Below, piece after piece: positions 57,035 to 64,000 of a stretch of 64,000 nucleotides of DNA. The stretch is from the NCBI GenBank assembly GCA_045654585.1, contig JAZONS010000066.1, forward strand, positions 21,369 to 85,368, in the 5' to 3' direction. Within the stretch, counting starts at the first letter, position 1; every line of letters starts with the position of its first letter. The translations under genes were made by a program, and so were the position numbers. The notes under the pieces are model-generated. The model saw nothing but the letters and a program-made list of their open reading frames with translations. It did no database searches and was not told the DNA's origin. The DNA comes from Eubacteriales bacterium. GTDB taxonomy: Bacteria > Bacillota > Clostridia > Oscillospirales > CAG-272.

Positions 57035-58236
57035 TGATGAATATTCTTGTAACGGGAGCAAAAGGATTTGTAGGTAAAAATCTTTGCGCTGCTCTCAGAA
57101 ACATACGGGATAGTAAAGACAGAACACGTCCAAATCTTGAGATTGAAGAAATCTTTGAATACGACGTTGACAGTGATCCTGCTCTGCTTAATGAGTTTTG
57201 TGAAAAATCGGATTTTGTATTCCATCTTGCAGGTGTTAACCGTCCAAAAAATCCCGAAGAGTTTATGCAAGGTAATTTTGGTTTTACATCAACTTTACTT
57301 AATCTCTTAAAAAAACACAAAAGCACTTGCCCTGTTATGATTTCTTCATCAATTCAGGCAACTTGCATCGGGCGATACGACAGCGAATACGGCCGTTCAA
57401 AAAAAGCAGGAGAAGATCTCATTTTTGAGTATGCAAAAGAAACGGGCACGAAGGCGTTGGTTTATCGCTTCCCGAATTTGTTTGGAAAATGGTGCAAGCC
57501 TAACTATAACAGTGTTGTTGCTACGTTCTGCAATAACATCGCTAATGATTTACCTATACAAGTCAATGATAAGAGCATTCAACTGGAGCTTTTATATATT
57601 GACGATCTTGTTACCGAAATGCTTGATGCATTGGAAGGCAATGAGCACCGTTGCAATTTTGACGGAATTAACACCGTATTATGTGATAACGGAAGCTTTT
57701 GCGCCGCACCGATAACGCATAAGGTAACCCTCGGCGAGATCGTTGAGCTTCTTGACGTTTTTAAGGCGCAGTCAAGTACTCTGATTATGCCGGAAATACC
57801 GCAAGGCTCATTCGCTAAAAAACTGTATAGTACATATCTTTCTTATCTTCCTCGGGAAAAGGTTTCATTCCCTTTAAAGATGAACGAGGATGCGAGAGGA
57901 AGATTTACCGAGCTTTTGAAAACGGATAAGTGCGGACAGTTCTCGGTCAATGTTTCAAAGCCCGGTATAACTAAAGGTCAGCATTGGCACAACACAAAGT
58001 GGGAATTCTTTATAGTAGTAAGCGGAAAAGGATTGATTCAACAGAGGAAAATCGGAACGGATGAAGTATTGAATTTTGAAGTTTCGGGAGATAAAATTGT
58101 AGCTGTTCATATGCTTCCCGGTTATACTCATAATATAATTAATCTTTCCAAAACAGAAAATCTTGTTACGTTGATGTGGGCAAATGAACAGTTTGACCCA
58201 AATCATCCCGACACATTCTTTGAGGTGGTAGAATAA
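57034..58236 (+). CDS. fnlB: FnlB/CapF/WbjC reductase with C-terminal cupin
   Basis: TGAKGFVG, HLAGVNRP, NLFGKW..PNYNS and KGQHWH..K.E. Confidence 0.9.
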   Translation: MMNILVTGAKGFVGKNLCAALRNIRDSKDRTRPNLEIEEIFEYDVDSDPALLNEFCEKSDFVFHLAGVNRPKNPEEFMQGNFGFTSTLLNLLKKHKSTCPVMISSSIQATCIGRYDSEYGRSKKAGEDLIFEYAKETGTKALVYRFPNLFGKWCKPNYNSVVATFCNNIANDLPIQVNDKSIQLELLYIDDLVTEMLDALEGNEHRCNFDGINTVLCDNGSFCAAPITHKVTLGEIVELLDVFKAQSSTLIMPEIPQGSFAKKLYSTYLSYLPREKVSFPLKMNEDARGRFTELLKTDKCGQFSVNVSKPGITKGQHWHNTKWEFFIVVSGKGLIQQRKIGTDEVLNFEVSGDKIVAVHMLPGYTHNIINLSKTENLVTLMWANEQFDPNHPDTFFEVVE

Positions 58237-59427
58237 ATGGAAATGAATATTAAACTCGATTACAGCGACGTTAAATTTAAAGACAACGGAAAGCTTAAAT
58301 TGTTGATTATAATAGGAACTCGTCCCGAGATAATCCGGCTTGCAGCTGTAATCAATAAATGCCGCCGGTATTTTGATACAATTCTTGCTCATACAGGTCA
58401 AAATTACGACTATAACCTCAATGGCGTATTCTTCAAGGACCTTTCACTTGATGCTCCGGAAGTTTATATGGATGCCGTTGGAGACGACCTCGGTGCAACG
58501 GTCGGAAATATTATCAACTGTTCTTATAAATTAATGAATCAAATCAAACCCGATGCACTTCTGATTCTCGGCGATACCAATTCGTGCTTAAGCGCCATTT
58601 CCGCTAAAAGACTTCATATTCCGATTTTCCATATGGAAGCCGGAAACCGATGCAAGGACGAATGCCTGCCGGAAGAGACTAACCGCCGTATTGTTGATAT
58701 TATTTCTGACGTTAATTTAGCTTATAGCGAGCACGCAAGACGTTATCTTCACGAGTGCGGTCTCCCGAAAGAGCGTACATACGTAACAGGATCTCCTATG
58801 GCCGAAGTTCTTCATCAAAATCTCGATAAAATAGAGGCAAGCGACGTGCTTGATCGCCTCGGTCTAAAAGAAAAAAAGTACATTTTACTTTCTGCTCACA
58901 GAGAAGAAAATATTGATACCGAAAAAAACTTTACAAGTCTTTTCAACGCAATTAATAAACTTGCTGAAAAGTACGATATGCCTATACTCTACTCCTGCCA
59001 TCCAAGAAGCAGAAACAGGCTGGAGAAAAGCGGATTCATTCTCGATAAAAGAGTAATTCGTAACGAGCCGTTAGGATTCCACGATTACAACAAGCTTCAG
59101 ATGAACGCTTATGCTGTTGTTTCCGATAGCGGTACGCTTCCCGAAGAATCAAGCTTCTTTACCAGCATAGGTCATCCATTCCCCGCAGTTTGCATCAGAA
59201 CTTCAACAGAACGCCCCGAAGCTCTCGACAAAGCTTGTTTTGTTCTGGCGGGAATTGATGAAAACAGCTTACTTCAGGCAGTAGAAACCGCTGTAACTAT
59301 GAACGACAACGGCGATTATGGAACCCCCGTGCCTTATTATACTGAAGAAAACGTATCTACAAAGGTCGTAAAAATCATTCAGTCTTATACGGGCGTAGTT
59401 AACAAAATGGTTTGGAGAAAGTTCTAA
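58237..59427 (+). CDS. fnlC: FnlC/CapG UDP-N-acetyl-L-fucosamine synthase (2-epimerase)
   Basis: GTRPEIIRL, HTGQNYD, HMEAGNR, PEETNR and SDSGT.EE. Confidence 0.88.
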   Translation: MEMNIKLDYSDVKFKDNGKLKLLIIIGTRPEIIRLAAVINKCRRYFDTILAHTGQNYDYNLNGVFFKDLSLDAPEVYMDAVGDDLGATVGNIINCSYKLMNQIKPDALLILGDTNSCLSAISAKRLHIPIFHMEAGNRCKDECLPEETNRRIVDIISDVNLAYSEHARRYLHECGLPKERTYVTGSPMAEVLHQNLDKIEASDVLDRLGLKEKKYILLSAHREENIDTEKNFTSLFNAINKLAEKYDMPILYSCHPRSRNRLEKSGFILDKRVIRNEPLGFHDYNKLQMNAYAVVSDSGTLPEESSFFTSIGHPFPAVCIRTSTERPEALDKACFVLAGIDENSLLQAVETAVTMNDNGDYGTPVPYYTEENVSTKVVKIIQSYTGVVNKMVWRKF

Positions 59428-59447
59428 TATAAATCAAGGAGGTTGCT

Positions 59448-60605
59448 ATGAACCAAGGAACAAAGCAATTGCTCTTTGCCATTTTGCGTTCTGCAGTTTG
59501 TGGCAATGAGCTTACCGATAGCGAAAAAGAGCTTTTTGAAACCGCTTCGATTTCTGAGCTGTTTAAACTTGCTAAACATCACGATGTTGCTCACATAGTG
59601 GCGGTAGCAATAAAAAAAGCTCATATTGAACTTTCTGACGAAATTTCGGCACTATTCAAAAAAGAGCAGGCGCTCGTTTTGTATCGCTATTTACAGTTAA
59701 CAAACGAAGCAAAAGCACTTTATGCAGCGCTGGATGCCGCAGAAGTGCCGTATATGGTGCTGAAAGGCTCCGAAATTCGTAAGCACTATCCTTCCCCTGA
59801 AATGCGAGTCAGCTCGGATATTGATATACTTGTTGCGCCCGAAGACCTCGACAAAACCCTTCAGGTACTTCAGAACGAGCTTGAATATACTCTGGGTATC
59901 AAAACAGCATATGACGTATCAACATTTTCTCTTGCAAACGTGCACGTTGAGGTGCATTATAAGCTGACGAGCGAGGACGAACGTTATGATGCGGCTCTTG
60001 CTGACGTCCGGAAGACTTCTCTACCCGATGGCGACTCAAAATACAGACGCGTTATGAGCCCCGAGCTTCTGCTCGCTTACAACGTTATGCATACCGCAAA
60101 ACACTTTCATAACGGTGGATGCGGTATCCGCTTCCTTATGGATCTTTTCGTTTTGGAAAACAAATTACAATACGACAGATCCGAAGTCGATAAAATACTT
60201 GCAAAATGCAACCTGACAAAGTTTTACGAAGAAATACACAGGCTTACCTCTGTTTGCTTTGCGGACGGAGAGCACAACGACCTTACCGTCAAAATGCTGG
60301 ACTATATACTCGGCTCAGGACTTTACGGTAATATCGAAAACAAGGTAGCAGTTTTTCAATCGGAAAGCGGCGGAAGATTGAAATATGCACTTATGAGAAT
60401 CTTCCCAAAAAGAAGCACTCTTATGCTTACTTATCCTCGCCTGGAAAAATGCGCACTTCTTTATCCTTATTACATGGTCAAAAGATGGTTCCGTATATTA
60501 TTCACAAGGCGCAAAGAGGCTCTCACAGAGCTTAAAAACAATGCTACGTTAGATGAAAAAAGAATCAGCCATTTACGCACTATGCTGGACGAATTAAATT
60601 TATAA
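59448..60605 (+). CDS. Nucleotidyltransferase family protein (NTP_transf_5-like)
   Basis: LKG..Y.....R...DIDILV, EVH, H..KH...GG.GIR..DL. Confidence 0.8.
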   Translation: MNQGTKQLLFAILRSAVCGNELTDSEKELFETASISELFKLAKHHDVAHIVAVAIKKAHIELSDEISALFKKEQALVLYRYLQLTNEAKALYAALDAAEVPYMVLKGSEIRKHYPSPEMRVSSDIDILVAPEDLDKTLQVLQNELEYTLGIKTAYDVSTFSLANVHVEVHYKLTSEDERYDAALADVRKTSLPDGDSKYRRVMSPELLLAYNVMHTAKHFHNGGCGIRFLMDLFVLENKLQYDRSEVDKILAKCNLTKFYEEIHRLTSVCFADGEHNDLTVKMLDYILGSGLYGNIENKVAVFQSESGGRLKYALMRIFPKRSTLMLTYPRLEKCALLYPYYMVKRWFRILFTRRKEALTELKNNATLDEKRISHLRTMLDELNL

Positions 60606-60623
60606 TTCAAGGAGATACATATT

Positions 60624-61352
60624 ATGACTAATACGAAAAAGCTTAAGAACTACGGACATACAAAAATGGTTGCGCATATGGGCGCAAAGGGACTCGAGAC
60701 CGAGAATACCATAGCGGCGTATATCGCTTCGGGAAATCGCTCATATTGGGGCATCGAAACCGACGTGCACGTGACTAAGGATAAGAAAATTATCGCAACG
60801 CATGACGATAACGCAAATCGCGTAAGCGGTGTTGATATACTTGTGGAAGAAACAGATTTCGATACGCTTCGCAAAATCCCACTATACGATATGGCAACAG
60901 GTAAGACTCGAGTTGACCTCCATATGCCGAGCCTTGCAGAATATATCGGCATATGCAAGAAGTATGGTAAGATTGCCGTTCTTGAGCTAAAAAACAGAAT
61001 GGATGACGAGGACGTTTACGCTATCTATGACGAAATATCTGAACTCGGTTATATCGAAGAAACGATCTTTATCTCCTTCTCTATCGAGAATCTTCACGCA
61101 ATAAGACAAAAGAATCCCGAACAGACCGTTCAGTACCTTATTGGCGGTAAGGTGCCCGAGGATCTCGTTGATACGCTTGCAAAATATAAGTACGATCTCG
61201 ATATATACTACAAGGCTGTTACCAAGGAGCTTCTTGATAAGTGCCACGAGATCGGCGCCACCGTCAACGTTTGGACCGTTGACGAAGTCGAGGATGCCGA
61301 AAAACTTGTTGATATGGGTATCGATTATATTACGACGAATATAATAGAATAG
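60624..61352 (+). CDS. Glycerophosphodiester phosphodiesterase
   Basis: VAHMG..ENT, IETDVH.TKD..HD, ELK, VWTVD and DYITTN. Confidence 0.88.
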   Translation: MTNTKKLKNYGHTKMVAHMGAKGLETENTIAAYIASGNRSYWGIETDVHVTKDKKIIATHDDNANRVSGVDILVEETDFDTLRKIPLYDMATGKTRVDLHMPSLAEYIGICKKYGKIAVLELKNRMDDEDVYAIYDEISELGYIEETIFISFSIENLHAIRQKNPEQTVQYLIGGKVPEDLVDTLAKYKYDLDIYYKAVTKELLDKCHEIGATVNVWTVDEVEDAEKLVDMGIDYITTNIIE

Positions 61353-61379
61353 AATTCGGATTAAACCTTAAAATATATA

Positions 61380-61430
61380 AAAAGCATTCAAAATGCGCAC
61401 AGTAGTTGTCATTTTGAATGCTTTTCTTTG
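61380..61430. terminator. Bidirectional terminator
   Basis: AAAAGCATTCAAAATG / CATTTTGAATGCTTTT. Confidence 0.7.
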
Positions 61431-61494
61431 TTTTATTATTCTTAGTTTTCTCTTTAGTTGATTATTGGATATTGCTTGATATTACAATAAACGG

Positions 61495-62868
61495 TCAAAG
61501 CGTTACACCGTCATGGAAAATAGCGATCTCCGAATAACCGTTGATCTCGTTTTTTGTTTCCTTCCCCGATGCTATTTCGATAATAAGATCAAACAGACCG
61601 TCAGCGCAGTCAGCCATACTCACAAGCGCCGAAGATGCATCAAAGTCGATCCACGAGGGCTTATGTTCGGCAAGGGCGCGATTCGTTGCTATCTTTACTG
61701 TTGGTATAGGAGCGCCAAGAGGAGTTCCTCTACCCGTTGTAAATAGGATCATGTGCGCGCCTGCCGCTGCGAGATTCGTTATGGCGCAGATATCGTTACC
61801 AGGACCGTCAAGAAGGTTAAGTCCGTTTTTAGTTGCAGTGTCACCGTTAAATAGCACGTCAACTACGGGACCATGACCGCCCTTTTGCACGCAACCGAGG
61901 GATTTTTCCTCAAGAGTTGTGATACCTCCCGCTTTGTTTCCGGGTGAGGGATTTTCATACACGGGTTGACCGTAGCTCTCGAAATAACGCTTGAAACCGT
62001 TGACCATTCGCACAAGCTTATCAAACACCTCGCGGCTCGCACATCTTTCCATAAGAAGAGTTTCGGCGCCGAACATCTCGGGTACCTCGGTCATTATCGA
62101 AGTGCCTCCATTAGAGATAAGAATATCACTTACAGCTCCTACCGCAGGATTTGCAGTGATACCGCTATAACCGTCACTTCCACCGCATTTAAGACCTATT
62201 TTGAGTTTGGATAACGGGATCGCTCGCCTTTCATAACGCTTACTGTATTCTATCAGCTCACTGATGATGGCTACACCCTTTTCTATCTCGTTATCAAAGT
62301 CTTGACACTGCAAAAACTTAACACGACTCGGGTCGTATTTTCCAAGCTGATTTTTAAATTCGGCAATATTGTTATTCTCGCATCCGAGTCCGAGAACGAG
62401 TACGCCCGCCGCATTCGGGTGGTTTACAAGTCCGCGCAGGATATTCTGAGTATATCTATGGTCGCCGCCAAGCTGAGAGCAGCCAAAAGGATGAGTTATT
62501 GCTTTAGCACCCGTTTCCTTTGCTATTTTTTCAGCAATCTTATTAACGCAACCGACGGTCGGTATTATCCACACCTCGTTACGTATACCAACCTCTCCGC
62601 TCTCCCTCTCGTAGCCTAGAAAGAAAAGCTCTTTTTCTGCCTTTTTAACTTCACACGGTATTGGGTTATATTCATATTCAAGTGTACTGTTCAGCCTCGT
62701 TTTCATATTGTGGCTATGAACGTGCGCACCCTGAGGTATATCCTCGGTAGCGGTGCCTATCGGCATTCCGTATTTTATTACGGCTTCGCCCTTTTTTATC
62801 TTTTGGCAGGCGTACTTATGCCCGTTTTCAAGATTGATATCGACATTATCACTTTTATGTATTAACAT
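61495..62868 (-). CDS. uxaA: Altronate dehydratase
   Basis: SAF-domain GHK..KYG..HSHN, HPFGCSQLG, GLGCE, KCGGSD, NPSPGNKAGG and FTTGRG. Confidence 0.92.
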   Translation of the reverse strand: MLIHKSDNVDINLENGHKYACQKIKKGEAVIKYGMPIGTATEDIPQGAHVHSHNMKTRLNSTLEYEYNPIPCEVKKAEKELFFLGYERESGEVGIRNEVWIIPTVGCVNKIAEKIAKETGAKAITHPFGCSQLGGDHRYTQNILRGLVNHPNAAGVLVLGLGCENNNIAEFKNQLGKYDPSRVKFLQCQDFDNEIEKGVAIISELIEYSKRYERRAIPLSKLKIGLKCGGSDGYSGITANPAVGAVSDILISNGGTSIMTEVPEMFGAETLLMERCASREVFDKLVRMVNGFKRYFESYGQPVYENPSPGNKAGGITTLEEKSLGCVQKGGHGPVVDVLFNGDTATKNGLNLLDGPGNDICAITNLAAAGAHMILFTTGRGTPLGAPIPTVKIATNRALAEHKPSWIDFDASSALVSMADCADGLFDLIIEIASGKETKNEINGYSEIAIFHDGVTL

Positions 62869-62872
62869 TTTC

Positions 62873-64000
62873 TTAACCTGCAATATATTTTGAAATATCT
62901 TCTCCGAATACTACTCCCGATGAAAGAATTTCTTCTCTTGTATGAGATTTAACATAATCTATAAGCTCATTATCGTCACACGGTGTGCCGTTTTTATAGA
63001 ATTCTATCAGCTTATCGCACGCAACCGACAAGTGCTTTGCAGGCTTATTATAAATTTCAAAATAAGCCTTTACAGACGGCAAACAGCGTACCTTAAATTT
63101 GCTTATGGAATTAAGCGCTATTGACTGACACTTATGCCTTATATAAGGATTAGCGAAACGCTCTATAACCTCGTTCGTATAAGTCTTAAGCTCGTCCTCT
63201 GTATAAAGCTCCGAAAGCGTTGGCAAGACCTCGGAAAGGCAACCTTCAATGTGCGCTTTAAGCTTAGGATTGCTGATAGCATCAAGAACAGTTTCCTCAC
63301 CCTCAAGCAGAGCATACGGAATAAGGGAGGTGTGCGCGCCGTTTAGAATTCTGACCTTACGAGTTCTATACTTCTCAAGATCGTCGGTATACACTACGTT
63401 GAGCCCCGCTTCGCAGAACGGGATTCCTACGTCTTCGCCCTCGATTACCCAGAGATGATAAAGCTCGCACGTATTCGTGAGCGGATTACTGTCCCCCATA
63501 CCTTCATCATAACCCGTAACTATTCTGTCTACCAATGTATTATAAAACTTATTCTTCTCTTCTACCCATTTAGCAAATTCTCCGCCAAGATCCCATTCTT
63601 CAGTATAGCGCAGAACTATTTTCTTAAGCTCTTCAGCGTTATTCTCTATCAGCTCGCATGGCAAAACTGTAAAACCGTCAAGACCTGCTTTAAATCTTGC
63701 GTAAAGAAGCTGAGTAAGCTTACCCGGGAACGATGATGCGGGTGCATTCTTCGTGTCCTTCGGCTCATATTTAATTCCCGCCTCGGTCGTATTTGAAACT
63801 ATGTACTTATAGCTTTTATCCTTTGCAAGCGCCAGAAAAGCATCATAGTCGGAAGACGTAACGATGCATTTGTCAAGAGTATCGATATGATATTTTTTTA
63901 CTACCGGCTCTCCTGACTCTAAACCTCTTGCGAAGAGAGTATATTCCGCGGAGGAATTAATAGCATCCGCAAGACCTCTTGACGTAGACTGAATAACTGT
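62873..64000 (-). CDS. uxaB: Tagaturonate reductase (altronate oxidoreductase), 5' end outside the window
   Basis: Frame open to 64000: SNTTEAGI, SFPGKLT, PCELIENN, LVDRIVTG, KVRILNGAHT and RFANP. Confidence 0.92.
   Translation of the reverse strand, partial: TVIQSTSRGLADAINSSAEYTLFARGLESGEPVVKKYHIDTLDKCIVTSSDYDAFLALAKDKSYKYIVSNTTEAGIKYEPKDTKNAPASSFPGKLTQLLYARFKAGLDGFTVLPCELIENNAEELKKIVLRYTEEWDLGGEFAKWVEEKNKFYNTLVDRIVTGYDEGMGDSNPLTNTCELYHLWVIEGEDVGIPFCEAGLNVVYTDDLEKYRTRKVRILNGAHTSLIPYALLEGEETVLDAISNPKLKAHIEGCLSEVLPTLSELYTEDELKTYTNEVIERFANPYIRHKCQSIALNSISKFKVRCLPSVKAYFEIYNKPAKHLSVACDKLIEFYKNGTPCDDNELIDYVKSHTREEILSSGVVFGEDISKYIAG

Overview
Chromosomal window from a spore-forming Clostridia-like Firmicute. 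Housekeeping genes include rpsB-tsf, rpmB, hom, pgsA, rimO, tex and rsuA, and sporulation genes include spoVB, ytvI and a spoIIQ-like M23 gene. Accessory content: an SPFH/Zn-ribbon operon, three tandem vanZ-family paralogues, a pair of MacB-type ABC fusions, three large secreted or lipoprotein repeat proteins, an AraC/GH38 alpha-mannosidase pair, a roughly 15 kb surface-polysaccharide locus (CapD, GTs, LicD, TagD, Wzy, MurJ, FnlABC) and uxaA/uxaB. The most striking element is at 4503-6991. A consensus sigma-A promoter drives two abutting stem-closed ncRNAs that share the motif AGCTAGYAGTRYTTACTTGA...RTRCTRCAAT. The second RNA carries a circularly permuted tRNA-like domain (T arm, loop-closed acceptor stem, D arm, no anticodon loop, no CCA), the architecture of bacterial YrlA Y RNAs. 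They precede a 682-aa protein with a Ro60/TROVE-like ALLRNL helical region fused to a TerD-type domain instead of vWA. This is a candidate non-canonical Ro/Y-RNA-like ribonucleoprotein system. No rRNA, true tRNA, CRISPR array or transposase was seen. All family calls come from motif recognition by eye, without database searches.
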